Shown here: positions 36,454 to 47,337 of the stretch, one piece after another | Layout: each line of letters opens with the position of its first letter | Numbering within the stretch: position 1 is the first letter of the stretch | From: a virus | Reading direction: 5' to 3' (one strand) | UHGV virus genome: UHGV-0076294 | DNA length: 64,000 nt | The notes under the pieces: model-generated | Databases searched by the model: none | Told to the model about the DNA's origin: nothing | The model's input: the letters and a program-made list of their open reading frames with translations, nothing else | Translations under genes and position numbers: made by a program

Positions 36454-37284
36454 ATGGGCGAACGTTTTGACATCAACGCTATCTACAACATCGTAGTTAA
36501 TCCTGGTCAACACCTGGAAGAAGTTAATGCACAACTGCGTGCTCTGAACGAGAAAGCGATTCAGTTTGATGCTATCTACACCATCGGCGTAAATCCTGGT
36601 ACTAACCGTGTTCGTGTAGAAGGTAAACGCCACACCGGTAATCAGGAACTGGACATTGAAACGATCGAAGCCCCGATTAAACTTACCGATGCCGAATATA
36701 ACGGTACAGTAATGCACACCGTATCGGTTCCGGTCTACTCTATCGAGAACTGTGTAGAACGTGTTAAAGGTTGGTCTAAAGAACGTGGTATTCTCGACAA
36801 CGGTAAACTGGAAACACAAATCACGAAGTTCTTTGAAGAGTTTGGTGAAATCGCAACAGGTATCAGCAAAAACAAACCTGAACTGATCATGGACGGTATC
36901 GGCGATGCGTTAGTGGTTCTGGTGAACATTCTGGAACTGGGTAAAGAATACCATGACGAATACTTAACAACGGCCGATATTATTAGTAGCGGTTTAACTA
37001 TGCAACTTCGTGATGTTGCAAATGTTGAAGCTTGTGCAAACGATCATAAATTCCCACATCGAAAATACCTGGAAGCAACTAATTCTTTTTCCACGTCTTT
37101 CTTAAATACTAACAAAGACGATAACCTGTTCGATCATGGTTTGTATTGCCTTGCTTGTCTCGCGCTGTATTACAAACTGGACATTCGCCATTGCTTCTCT
37201 TTAGCCTGGCACGAAATCAAAGACCGTAAAGGTTACCTGAACGCCGACGGCATCTTTGTAAAAGATGCAGACTTGGCGAAATAA
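36454..37284 (+). CDS. MazG-like nucleotide pyrophosphohydrolase domain protein, tentative
   Basis: Start set at ATG 36454, 6 nt after GGAG (ORF track 36442). C-terminal region ...FFEEFGEIATGI...MDGIGDALVVLVNILEL resembles the MazG EExGE / D-x-x-GD helices. Confidence 0.45.
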   Translation: MGERFDINAIYNIVVNPGQHLEEVNAQLRALNEKAIQFDAIYTIGVNPGTNRVRVEGKRHTGNQELDIETIEAPIKLTDAEYNGTVMHTVSVPVYSIENCVERVKGWSKERGILDNGKLETQITKFFEEFGEIATGISKNKPELIMDGIGDALVVLVNILELGKEYHDEYLTTADIISSGLTMQLRDVANVEACANDHKFPHRKYLEATNSFSTSFLNTNKDDNLFDHGLYCLACLALYYKLDIRHCFSLAWHEIKDRKGYLNADGIFVKDADLAK

Positions 37285-37292
37285 ATAAAAGT

Positions 37293-37338
37293 ACCTACCT
37301 CCTTTCGGAGGTAGGTTAACTTTCTTATTTTTTCTTTT
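37293..37338. terminator. bidirectional intrinsic terminator (ACCTACCTCC family)
   Basis: ACCTACCTCC-tttc-GGAGGTAGGT flanked by A-run upstream and long T-run downstream, between convergent genes. Confidence 0.7.
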
Positions 37339-37902
37339 TTAAGCGCCAGGAACAATTCCAGAAGAGATATACGTCAAACCGTCAAGTTCGGTGACTTTAA
37401 TCAACTTCGAAATGTCCTTACCGTCAGACGGCAGCTCTGTTAAGTACACCTCCAGCCGACCTGTCCACGCCAAAGATCTCCCATTCATGATAATGATGGT
37501 TTTATCTTTGCTGTCTGGTGCAGCTGTTGGGTTCTCAACTTCGTCGTCGGTAATCTGTAAATTGTACTTATTGCGGAAAAGTTGTAGTACCTCAGATACC
37601 GTAGTCGCATTAACACCCGCAACAGAAACTACAAAGTCACCTAAGAGGTGCTCTAAATCCAATCGACGATAAATAACGTCGATTTTACCAAATGTTTTCT
37701 GCTCGATGATACCCTGGACGCTAAGTTGAGTATTTAATCGTGTAAATTGAGTTTCTGGTGTTTCTACCGCAGGAATATGTGACGGCGTGCCAAAATCCAA
37801 CTTATCGATTGTAATACCTTTATCTACCAAACCTGGATTCTTTTTTACTAATAACTCATAAACCAGTTGTTTTCCTGATTTACCTAATAGCGTATTAGCC
37901 AT
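37339..37902 (-). CDS. hypothetical protein
   Basis: 187-aa ORF, last gene of the minus-strand block containing the giant SLT protein. Confidence 0.55.
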   Translation of the reverse strand: MANTLLGKSGKQLVYELLVKKNPGLVDKGITIDKLDFGTPSHIPAVETPETQFTRLNTQLSVQGIIEQKTFGKIDVIYRRLDLEHLLGDFVVSVAGVNATTVSEVLQLFRNKYNLQITDDEVENPTAAPDSKDKTIIIMNGRSLAWTGRLEVYLTELPSDGKDISKLIKVTELDGLTYISSGIVPGA

Positions 37903-37927
37903 TGCCTTCCCTCAGACTTTAATAACG

Positions 37928-40129
37928 TTATCGCGCTTGCGGTAGGAAGATGTTCGCGATTTGTCGTGCCGGGATAACATCCAACGCAGCGTTGATGAAA
38001 CTCCCCTGCGACCACGCAGATGCCCAGTTCTGCGCCCAGATAGAAGCGTTAATCTTAGCGCGGGCGATACCGTTAGTACGTTCGTACAACGTAGCACCAC
38101 CTAAACACGCCATAAACTCACTGAACTTGTTATCGTCATCCCAGACCTTAGTGTCGGTCACAATCGGCATGTACATGACGCGAGTCAAATCACGAATAGT
38201 AACAGAAATATCGCAGGACAGTGGAACACTATCACCAGGACGCCAACCTAGACCACCTACACCGAACTGTAAGGACATCGACGTTACCATTGCATTACGG
38301 AACGAGAAACGTCCTTGAGAGTAACACTCTAAGTAAAACGGATGGGTAAAGGTTTGTTTACCGGTTGCGATCGGACACACTGCTGCAATCCAAAACGAGA
38401 GCGGGACTAACAAATCCTGGAAAATGTCCAGGTCGTTACCCGACCAACAACGTAAAGGAATGGTTAAAGTAATGTCATCTCCTGATGCGTCAGAACTATC
38501 CCAGACTTCTGGGAAGTCTATCACTGAGGAGTTGTACAACGACATTATCCCCGTCAAATGTAGGGTGTCTGCAACGCCTCGCATCGCTGACTTAATACCG
38601 GAAACTAAAGCATCGACCGCACTAAAACCGGTTTGACCGCCAGACAGGTTAACTTCCAGCGAACGTGCTTTTGCTGTTGCGGAGTTTACCATCCCGGAAA
38701 TTTCAGGTTCTTTCGTGGAGTTAGAGAACGAACGCGAAACGGTGTCTTTACCGTCAATACGCCAAGTAACCCACTGTGAACCGTTCTTAATCTCCGACAA
38801 GACGTTATCGCCAACGTCTGCAACCATATCGGTAAACTCTTTAAAGAACGTTCCTACTTTGGATTCATCTTTACCTTTGTTCATCCAATCTTGAACTTCA
38901 GCAATATCTCCTTCGGTAAGATCTTCTGGATTCTTTTCATCCAACGTAGAGTTCAGCTGCTTAGCTGCCGCTGCACGTTTCTCCATAGCCTGACGGGTTT
39001 TCTCCTGCTCTGACTGAATCTCTGCTGCTCGCTGCTGTAATTCAGTAGCAGTCCCCCCGACCACCAAGCTATTACTCATCTGGCCAATCAATTGGTCTTC
39101 CTGAGTATCAATGTCCTGTATAGAGGAGGCATACCCACCCTTTTCACTTCTGGCAACTTTCTCCAAGTCGTATAACGAAACTTCAAATCCTTCTGCTTTC
39201 TGTCGTACACGATCGCTATAAGTAGCATTATAGTAAAACGCGCGCAAACGACTGGCAAACAACTCTTCATCGTCGCCGGATTCTACACGAATCATATCGA
39301 TGGTTTTAGCCTGATAGTTCGCCAAGGTCTGGTAACGGTTAATCATTCGGTAAATGTCAAACTCACCATTCGCTTTCCAGACTTCTGGTAAGGATTTATA
39401 CCACTCTTCACGATCTTTATGGTAGCTATTTTCTTTGCTTTCGGTATCGTAACCCAACGCAAAAGTCCCTAACACACCCGTTGGCACTAAACGACGATAA
39501 ATTAGCTGGGTGTTCAGGATGTTTTGCACAGCGCGTAAATACAGATGCATTGCGGGCTTAACGTAATAGTATCTTGACGTTTCTTTATTCAGTGCTGCCG
39601 AAAGAATCCTCGGTGTAATCAGAATCACCGCGAATGCTACAGTACCAACCGTCGCCCAAATAGCGGCCGCACCGATATACGAAGCTGCTGTTCGAATAAT
39701 TCCTGGATAGTCACCTGTACGTGCGAGGTATGCCAGGTTAGAATCGTACATGTTCGCAAAGAACGAAGCCATACCCAGATACTTCGGCTTACCGAAACGA
39801 CAATGAACGTAAAATGAGTTTTGGCTAATGCTTTCGTAGTAATACGTCCCTAAACGATAAGACCCTGCGGCTGAGGAGTTATAAAAGGATTCACTACCGC
39901 TCTTAGTCGCATCGGGTTGTGCAAACGCGCCTGTTGAGGAAGGGTCTGCAAAAAGTGTAAACTGGGGCGGACTATTAATCGCTTTACTGCCACCGACTGT
40001 GGTGTCTTCAAACGACAACATACCACCGGAATAGCGGCGCAAGGCCAGGAAACGTTCATCTCGACCATCGACTGCGCCATTAAATAGGTTTTTGACCCAG
40101 CTTGAGTCGTTAACTGTTCTAGCGTCCAC
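37928..40129 (-). CDS. hypothetical large protein with internal TM segment, putative virion protein
   Basis: 733-aa ORF immediately downstream of the giant gene; hydrophobic IGAAAIWATVGTVAFAVILI segment. Confidence 0.55.
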   Translation of the reverse strand: MDARTVNDSSWVKNLFNGAVDGRDERFLALRRYSGGMLSFEDTTVGGSKAINSPPQFTLFADPSSTGAFAQPDATKSGSESFYNSSAAGSYRLGTYYYESISQNSFYVHCRFGKPKYLGMASFFANMYDSNLAYLARTGDYPGIIRTAASYIGAAAIWATVGTVAFAVILITPRILSAALNKETSRYYYVKPAMHLYLRAVQNILNTQLIYRRLVPTGVLGTFALGYDTESKENSYHKDREEWYKSLPEVWKANGEFDIYRMINRYQTLANYQAKTIDMIRVESGDDEELFASRLRAFYYNATYSDRVRQKAEGFEVSLYDLEKVARSEKGGYASSIQDIDTQEDQLIGQMSNSLVVGGTATELQQRAAEIQSEQEKTRQAMEKRAAAAKQLNSTLDEKNPEDLTEGDIAEVQDWMNKGKDESKVGTFFKEFTDMVADVGDNVLSEIKNGSQWVTWRIDGKDTVSRSFSNSTKEPEISGMVNSATAKARSLEVNLSGGQTGFSAVDALVSGIKSAMRGVADTLHLTGIMSLYNSSVIDFPEVWDSSDASGDDITLTIPLRCWSGNDLDIFQDLLVPLSFWIAAVCPIATGKQTFTHPFYLECYSQGRFSFRNAMVTSMSLQFGVGGLGWRPGDSVPLSCDISVTIRDLTRVMYMPIVTDTKVWDDDNKFSEFMACLGGATLYERTNGIARAKINASIWAQNWASAWSQGSFINAALDVIPARQIANIFLPQAR

Positions 40130-40174
40130 TTTCTACCTCTTTAAGATGGGGGTGGTTTCCCACCCCCGTGTTTA

Positions 40175-43100
40175 TTAACCCGCACGTCTAACGTTAAGCT
40201 GTCGTGCTGGCTGTTCAACGGACATTTGTCGTGATGCTGAGCCTGCTGGTGCCATAGGTTGGGTCGATACGGTGTTTTGTACCGGCTGCGGACGTTGTTT
40301 AAGAATCGTGACAATCTCTCTGAGATACCCCGCCGATTCTTTCGCAACAGCCAACTGCTGGACACTAATCGGATCACCGCTACTGAGTGTAGGCCCGTTT
40401 TGTGCATCAGAAGTAACCGCAGGTGCCGGTTTACTCGTTGCTGCTACGCGCTGCACAGCGCCTTCTTTCACCTTCTCGACATCTTCTTCAGGCAACCCTT
40501 CGTTTCTAGCTCCAGCCGCAACGGTCTCCGCAATCGTAGAGGCGTCGCCGCCAGCACTACTACCGCCAGGTGACGGTACTGCCGGACCACCACTGGTTGC
40601 AGCTTTGACATTGTCTGCACCCATCGCACCTTTCTCTGCTAACGCATCGTCACGACGCGCAGCATTCGATGCGGGCAAGTTATCCGTCGCTCCAGAAATT
40701 GATGGATCGTTAGCTGCTCCTGCTGCTACCGCTGGAGAGGAGGCAACCGCAGGCGTTAGCCCTTTCACCATGTCTTTCGTTGAAGCTGGGTTAGCCGCAA
40801 TTTCGTTTGTCGCCACAGCACCCATACGGCGGTTCAGTTCATTAATAACTTCGCCAACAGTACGAATACGAACAATCTGTTCGCCTCGCATTTCGTAGAA
40901 GACTCCCTTATTACCTCTAAGGATTTGAGGAGTAATACCTTCTGCTTTGTCGGCTGGCATGTTCGGATTCTGCCGCCATGCATTAAGGAACTTCTTACCA
41001 CCGCCTGGACCCAAGAAGTGATACAGATACGCAACAGCCGGGGGCGGTTCTACACCACCCAGGTCTTTCTGCGCCTGCATGATATTATCACGAATAAACT
41101 GTACCCCGAGGATGGTATTTGCCCACGGGTCATACTGGTTTACTTGCGGAATACCGTACCGACGAGAATACCCCTTCATCATTCCAGACCACGTACTGTC
41201 GATGAACTGGAACAACCCTGCTGCTGACGCACCTGGGTTCTTGACGCCGTATCTGAAACCAGATTCAGCTTTCGCCATCGCAATCGCAATCGCAGGCGGA
41301 ACACCTAAGGTATTTGCGACATCTGCAATCATTGCTTTAACGCCTTCTACGTTAGGTGTCTTACCACTACCCAGTTTACTGATTGGATATTTCTCAGCCA
41401 AGGTTTTGTAATCACCTTCTTTGACGTCCCCGAGTTTAATCCCGGATTGGCCCGTAGAGAACTTCGCGTAATTGCTGATCCCCATCTCACCCACAACTTG
41501 AGATAAGTCACCCGGTGTACCGTAAGACGACCCACCGTTTGGCAAGTACCCATCGTTAGACGCTGTACCCCAATCAACGACACCTTTAAAGCGTTCTTTG
41601 CCATCTTCGTCGGTTTGGTACATTCTCGTCGCACGATCGGCTTTCTGCCACTTCGCACGTTTACCTGCTGCGGGAGTAGAGCGCAGGGTGTTACGAACAG
41701 CCAGGTCAGGTTCTTTTGACAGTTCTTTCAGGTTGGCAAGTTCAGTAGCAACAGAACCTGCATCAGTGTTTGCTTCCTCGCCTAGCGGGTTGAATGGAAT
41801 CTCCCACACGGACTGTCGAATACCGCCCTTCATGTTGTAAGCGCCACGAATCATCAACGCCAATTCGTACATGAACCCACCGGATACTTTCAATTCGGTA
41901 GGGTCTGCTTGCGGAATGTAACGTTTCAGACCAACGACGTAGGTCATATACGCCGGTAAGAAACGGTTGTAGAACCAGTTCTTACAACGCTCCTCTTTAG
42001 GACCACCTATCAAGTCAGGCGAGATAACCGCAATGGCTTCTTTCCAGTTGCCTTTATAGGTACAGTTCTTCACATCAATGTCTTTCAACACGTTCTTCTC
42101 TAACAACGTGAAAAGATTACGCGTTGTTTGGTTGATAGTAACCGCACCGTAGGTTTTCCACCTGACCGATTCCAGGTCTTCCAAATCGCTTTTCTTCGGT
42201 AATGAATGCCAGTCAACTTGGATTTGAACCTGCTCAGTCCCGTCTTCCCATCCTTCAACCTTCGCAACTTTCTCGTTACGTTCAGCATCCGCATTCGCCA
42301 ATACCTGACTGGTTTCAGCAACGGACGCAATTTTGTGGCCTTCGACAGCGTCACGCATACCTGAACGTTGTTTCCGTTTGTCGTCAGTACGCATGTTGAT
42401 TGACCGCCACACACGTTCCTGTGCTTCGACAACCTCTTCCCCTGACAAGAACTCTGCCGGAGTAAAGGTAACGAAATCCCACGCTTTAGAGAACCAACCC
42501 TGGTTAACTTTACGCGGGTCAGTCAACGAACGGAATTCCGCAGAATCTTTACCCATCTTCATTTTGTTGTAGAGGGTAATCATATCCGCTTTCGACACTT
42601 TCTTCGGATCACCAACATCTGCCAAAGCGATATCGTTATCCATAGACTTCAGTGCTGAAATCCAACGGAGGTAAATCGGTGCGAAACGTTGTAGCATAAA
42701 CGCAGTAAATGCTAACATCTCACCACGTTCTTCCAAGTTTACACCAAACCCTTCTGCGAGTTTCTTCACGTCTTCGGAAGACAAGCCACGTAATTGTGCT
42801 TCACCCCCTTCGGTATACGAGACGTAAGGTTTCAAAGCGTCTTCTAAATAACGGGCTTTCATACCGTCTTCAGAAGACCACTGGTCGTAGTCACGGAAAC
42901 CGTATTGTGCCAGACGCATATAGTCGAGGTACTGCGCTTTCACACGGGTAGCGCATTTATACGCCCAATAACCCAGACCAGCGGCAGTCGCACCGATCAC
43001 AATTGCAGGCCAACCCACCGCAGCTACCACCGTAGATGCAGCTGAGGCTACCGCAGTCACCGCCGGAACCGCTAAACGCTGTACGGCAAACTTACCAACA

Positions 43101-46100
43101 TTCCACGCTGCTTTACCGATGAACCCGGTAGGTTTAAAAATACCCCACTTCGCAACTTTACCCAGTATGGAACCCACCGTACCTAAGATACTCACGATTG
43201 GTCCTACTAACGGTAGCCCTTTGAGGAAGTCCATCACCCCGCCTTTACGTCCTTTCTGTTCGGCGGATTTCTTGGCTTTCTCTTCTTCCTTAGAACGTCT
43301 ACGACGACGGAAGAATTGGAAGTAGTCGCGTTTTTCATCATTGGCTGCCGGTTTGTTACGTTGTCCGAACTTACTGAACATCGTACGAATCAAGCCATCA
43401 GGCGCACCAGCACGTTCCGCAGAGTCACGCATGGTGTTAAACCAGGACATTTCCTGGAGGTTAACCATCCGGTTCAAACGTTCCAGTAATGCTGAACCAA
43501 CACTCTTCGCTTTCTGCTTACCTTTGTTGATAACGCGCCCTGCGCTATCCGTTGCGGTTTCGAAATCCTCCTTCGCTGCGTTAATCACGCGTGTTGGAGA
43601 AACCTTACCACGGGCGTATAAGTGTTGGCGGTAAAACTCAGCAACGTCATCGTCACGACCTGCTAAACGAGACTCCGCCCGATAACGTGTACCGATATCG
43701 TAGCGTGGATCACGGAAGCTATCCACCGTTTCGCCAAAGCGTCCACGGAAACGGTCAAACCACCCTTTACCCGCAGCACCCCAACGAGACAGTCTATCGC
43801 CAACACCCTGACGGAAACGTGAGAATCGGTCACGTTGTCTGCCTCGCCAATCCCGGAAACTCTGGAAATAGTCTTTAAACCCATCGCGGAAATCCTTAAC
43901 GCGGTTAAGCATCCCTTTGATAGATTTCGACCCAACGTTTTTCTCCAGTTGCTCCGTCCAGGATTCATCTTCAGGCTCACCATCTAAACGACGGTTAAGG
44001 AGTTTATAGATACGAATCAGGATATGGTTGGTCTTACGGCCATTCGACCAGGAGAACATGCTGAAACCGCCACCAGAACCCCCGTCCTTACGATTCTGCC
44101 ACCACCGGGTAAGCGGGTTGTCGGTCGCTAACTCTTTGAATTTCTCAAAGCCACGTTTTGCATTGTTCCACAAACGAGCAGGCATTCCGGTTACACGGGA
44201 AATCATGCTTTGTAAACGTGTTTTCTCACTGCCTTCAGGAATCTCGTTAAGCCACTCACGTGCTTTCTCAAAGATAGACGCTGCTCTTGGTGAAATTAGA
44301 CCAATAAGTTTCTTCGGTAAGTTAACAGCTTTGTTTACCGCTGTACCTGCTTTACCGGAGATATACTGGAACAGGGCCTGGAGTTTACCGCCTTTATAGA
44401 AGCGCAGTTTACCCGCAGCCGCTAAGTCCGCCGCTGCGAGAATCAAGTTCCCGGCTTCGTCAACAATATCACGACCCAGCTTAATGTCGTCTAACGAGCG
44501 GAGTTGTACCAGTTTGTTGGTTTTAGGGTCAGCCTGATAATACTCACCTGCCTCTAAACGGTTTCCTTGTAAAACAACATTGCCTTTCTCGTCGTAGATG
44601 TCTCGAACACCAAGAACGCCTTTCCCGAACGCTACTGCTGAATTCCAGCCTGTGGACAGCGTACCAGTAACTAAACCTTTCAGTCGTTCAAAAACACCTG
44701 GACCGTCAGAAGACCCACCGGAGAACTTCCCACGGATAAAACTGCCCAGTGACTGTAAACGCCCTTTTCCTCTCAGGAACATGTTCTTCGCAAAACGACC
44801 AGCGCCCGTACCGGTGTCCCAAAGTACGCCCGCCCAACGACGGAACAGCCCGCTTTCACCAAGCACAATGCGCTTACGTTTGCGTTTGTTGCCGGTACTA
44901 CCCGCGTCTTCGGATGCGACACCCTCACCGTCACGACCACCACCTAAGCTTGCCAACAGAATACCTTCTTCATCCATGTTCTTGACATGTTTCAGAATTT
45001 CCTGCACGGTGTTGGATTCGGATTTGTTACGGATAGCATCAACGATTCTATCAAACTGTTGCTCTAAACCCGCATTAGTGTCAGGCCGTTCGCTTAACAG
45101 TTCAACAAAGTTGGTGGATTTTTCACCGTAGAGGACAGCAGCGAGTTGTCGTGCTGACAGCCCACGGCCACCACGTCCACCTTTACCTCTAACGGTGTCG
45201 ATAGTCGACTCATCACCGGTTACGGAAGCGTCTACACCTAAACGACGCAAATAGTCACCTAACGCAGAACCGTTTTTCAGTTTGCGCTGGATTTCTTGTT
45301 CACGCGTTAACGAACGACCAGAGCGAGTTTTCCCCATGGCCAGGTCGTTGTATAGCGTATACGGATCGTTAATGTCTTTATCTACATCAAACCGATCGTT
45401 CTTCGCATCGTACTTAAAGATACCTGCGTCACGTAACGCATTCTCACCGTAGATAATTGAAGCTTCGTCTACCGTGTTTTGACGTGCACGAATTGTTGAC
45501 TGAATAGCTGAAATCTTACCAGCAATCTCATTGCTAAGTTCATGATGCCCACCAACCAGTTCCGCAGAACGGGCTTCTAAGACCGCCTGAATCGCTTCTA
45601 CCGCGTTTGCATTCATGTAACGATACATGTGCATCGGGTCTTTCAGCAGACTGCCTACGTCGAATGCCTTACCTTCAGACGCACGGGATTCGATATAGTC
45701 CGCCAGCGCCTGGCGAGTTTTCGAATCCAGAGTTTTGTCTTTGTCGATAAAGTCAACGGTTTCGTTAATGTACTGCTGTAAACGTTTACGCTGTTCGTCA
45801 TTAGCAACTGCCTTACGTACGCGATTGCCAATAACTTTACGATCCACCATACCTCGCGTGGTCAGGTCATAAACCTGATCGTGGTGTTCGCCATATCCAC
45901 GACGAATAGATTTGTTAATCTCCGTCAGCAAGGTCGGGATGACTTCCGTGATGCTAAGATATGCTTTACGGTCGAACTTCGCTGCTGCTGATAACGCCTC
46001 TGCTGAACGTTCTTCTAAAGCTAATCCCTCACGACGCAGCGGTGTCACTAACCCCATCTCGTGCATTAAACGGAAGACAGTGGCCAATGGACCATCTATC

Positions 46101-47308
46101 TCACCAGCTATCGCTGAGTTAGAGATAGAAGATAAGTTACCGAACCCGTAGCGTGCCAACTGAAGCCGTTTCATGACTTCTGGGTTCTTTTCTAACTCAC
46201 TGCGTGTCCAGTTCTGTAAACGTTCTACTTGCGGTTGTAAGAATCGTTTTGCTAACCAACCACCGGCAAACCCTGCGACTTTACCTCGGCTATTCGTACG
46301 ACGACGTTCTGGCGACAGTGTAGAACTGTCTTCCATGTCGAAGTCGTCTTCCTGACCCATTGACAGAACTTGTTCTAATAACCCACGTCCGTCACTGAAG
46401 ATATTCGAAATCTTTTTCTTCGCGTTCTCACGGATTTGTTCAATGAACGAATCTGCGTAACGTAAGGGGTTCATCCATTCAGCGGCTTTACGTTTTACGT
46501 TAGCCCAACGAATTTCAGAGAATTCCTCTTTTGCATAATCCGGCAACGCGGTGTTTTTAACAATCGCTTCAAGTGCCGGAGTGTTACGGCTAAACTCGTC
46601 CTGTTTAAGTTTAGCAATATCTTGCAATGCGAATAACGTACGGTATTGCAGCTCTAGCTGTTTACGCTGAACGTTAAGCATCACCCCGCGACTTAAACTG
46701 GTCGTCAGGTTAACGTCTTTCGCAATACCGATAACCGTCTGGAACAGCGCATCGGACTTCATGTCCTTGATGGTGTCACGAAGACGGTCTTCTACCATTC
46801 CTTCCTGAACTTCACGTTGTTGTTCAGGTGTTTGTGGGGTACCTGCAAAAACAGTGTCTAACTCACGATCCATTAACGCTTGTTTAGGATCGTAATTCCC
46901 GTAATCGTACTGGTCGCTTTTCGCCCATTTATCGATCTTACGGGTTACGCTGTCAGGCAAATACCGTTTTAGGGTTGGGCCTAATTGACGAGCTTGTGCC
47001 TTCACCACGCGGGAGGTCTTTTCAATCTCGTCTTTCGTATGGGCCAGAATGTCTTGACCTGCGGCTTTGACGTTCTTATAACCTTCATAAGCGTCAGACG
47101 CCGGTTTTGGCATTCCTTTTAAAATGACCTGATCACGTTTATTTTCGGGCCAGATAGTCGACAATGCCGACTTACGGGCAGCACGAAATGTGTCCATGAC
47201 CGGGTTACGCGATTGGTCTTGTTGACGAGGGGGCTCATCAAAATCGTCCCAGTCGTCCATGTTATCAAGATCGATTTCATCGAAATCGTCTTTACCTTTT
47301 TTAGCCAT
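40175..47308 (-). CDS. giant protein (2377 aa) with lytic transglycosylase (SLT) domain and central TM helices; ejection or tape-measure-like candidate
   Basis: SLT motif AIAMAKAESGFRYGVKNPGASAAGLFQFIDSTW in C-terminal third; highly acidic N-terminus (DDFDEIDLDNMDDWDDFDE); central hydrophobic helices; Ala/Pro/Gly-rich C-terminus. Confidence 0.8.
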   Translation of the reverse strand: MAKKGKDDFDEIDLDNMDDWDDFDEPPRQQDQSRNPVMDTFRAARKSALSTIWPENKRDQVILKGMPKPASDAYEGYKNVKAAGQDILAHTKDEIEKTSRVVKAQARQLGPTLKRYLPDSVTRKIDKWAKSDQYDYGNYDPKQALMDRELDTVFAGTPQTPEQQREVQEGMVEDRLRDTIKDMKSDALFQTVIGIAKDVNLTTSLSRGVMLNVQRKQLELQYRTLFALQDIAKLKQDEFSRNTPALEAIVKNTALPDYAKEEFSEIRWANVKRKAAEWMNPLRYADSFIEQIRENAKKKISNIFSDGRGLLEQVLSMGQEDDFDMEDSSTLSPERRRTNSRGKVAGFAGGWLAKRFLQPQVERLQNWTRSELEKNPEVMKRLQLARYGFGNLSSISNSAIAGEIDGPLATVFRLMHEMGLVTPLRREGLALEERSAEALSAAAKFDRKAYLSITEVIPTLLTEINKSIRRGYGEHHDQVYDLTTRGMVDRKVIGNRVRKAVANDEQRKRLQQYINETVDFIDKDKTLDSKTRQALADYIESRASEGKAFDVGSLLKDPMHMYRYMNANAVEAIQAVLEARSAELVGGHHELSNEIAGKISAIQSTIRARQNTVDEASIIYGENALRDAGIFKYDAKNDRFDVDKDINDPYTLYNDLAMGKTRSGRSLTREQEIQRKLKNGSALGDYLRRLGVDASVTGDESTIDTVRGKGGRGGRGLSARQLAAVLYGEKSTNFVELLSERPDTNAGLEQQFDRIVDAIRNKSESNTVQEILKHVKNMDEEGILLASLGGGRDGEGVASEDAGSTGNKRKRKRIVLGESGLFRRWAGVLWDTGTGAGRFAKNMFLRGKGRLQSLGSFIRGKFSGGSSDGPGVFERLKGLVTGTLSTGWNSAVAFGKGVLGVRDIYDEKGNVVLQGNRLEAGEYYQADPKTNKLVQLRSLDDIKLGRDIVDEAGNLILAAADLAAAGKLRFYKGGKLQALFQYISGKAGTAVNKAVNLPKKLIGLISPRAASIFEKAREWLNEIPEGSEKTRLQSMISRVTGMPARLWNNAKRGFEKFKELATDNPLTRWWQNRKDGGSGGGFSMFSWSNGRKTNHILIRIYKLLNRRLDGEPEDESWTEQLEKNVGSKSIKGMLNRVKDFRDGFKDYFQSFRDWRGRQRDRFSRFRQGVGDRLSRWGAAGKGWFDRFRGRFGETVDSFRDPRYDIGTRYRAESRLAGRDDDVAEFYRQHLYARGKVSPTRVINAAKEDFETATDSAGRVINKGKQKAKSVGSALLERLNRMVNLQEMSWFNTMRDSAERAGAPDGLIRTMFSKFGQRNKPAANDEKRDYFQFFRRRRRSKEEEKAKKSAEQKGRKGGVMDFLKGLPLVGPIVSILGTVGSILGKVAKWGIFKPTGFIGKAAWNVGKFAVQRLAVPAVTAVASAASTVVAAVGWPAIVIGATAAGLGYWAYKCATRVKAQYLDYMRLAQYGFRDYDQWSSEDGMKARYLEDALKPYVSYTEGGEAQLRGLSSEDVKKLAEGFGVNLEERGEMLAFTAFMLQRFAPIYLRWISALKSMDNDIALADVGDPKKVSKADMITLYNKMKMGKDSAEFRSLTDPRKVNQGWFSKAWDFVTFTPAEFLSGEEVVEAQERVWRSINMRTDDKRKQRSGMRDAVEGHKIASVAETSQVLANADAERNEKVAKVEGWEDGTEQVQIQVDWHSLPKKSDLEDLESVRWKTYGAVTINQTTRNLFTLLEKNVLKDIDVKNCTYKGNWKEAIAVISPDLIGGPKEERCKNWFYNRFLPAYMTYVVGLKRYIPQADPTELKVSGGFMYELALMIRGAYNMKGGIRQSVWEIPFNPLGEEANTDAGSVATELANLKELSKEPDLAVRNTLRSTPAAGKRAKWQKADRATRMYQTDEDGKERFKGVVDWGTASNDGYLPNGGSSYGTPGDLSQVVGEMGISNYAKFSTGQSGIKLGDVKEGDYKTLAEKYPISKLGSGKTPNVEGVKAMIADVANTLGVPPAIAIAMAKAESGFRYGVKNPGASAAGLFQFIDSTWSGMMKGYSRRYGIPQVNQYDPWANTILGVQFIRDNIMQAQKDLGGVEPPPAVAYLYHFLGPGGGKKFLNAWRQNPNMPADKAEGITPQILRGNKGVFYEMRGEQIVRIRTVGEVINELNRRMGAVATNEIAANPASTKDMVKGLTPAVASSPAVAAGAANDPSISGATDNLPASNAARRDDALAEKGAMGADNVKAATSGGPAVPSPGGSSAGGDASTIAETVAAGARNEGLPEEDVEKVKEGAVQRVAATSKPAPAVTSDAQNGPTLSSGDPISVQQLAVAKESAGYLREIVTILKQRPQPVQNTVSTQPMAPAGSASRQMSVEQPARQLNVRRAG

Positions 47309-47337
47309 AACGTTTAATCCGTATCAGGAGATTTAGC

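Noticed and set aside
40259-46355. Many plus-strand ORFs of 60-208 aa inside the giant minus-strand gene (for example 40272-40898, 44598-45131)
   Set aside because: All lie antisense within one uninterrupted 7.1-kb reading frame that contains a clear SLT domain; their translations are low-complexity (Ala/Pro/Ser/Arg-rich), as expected for reverse frames of a GC-biased gene.
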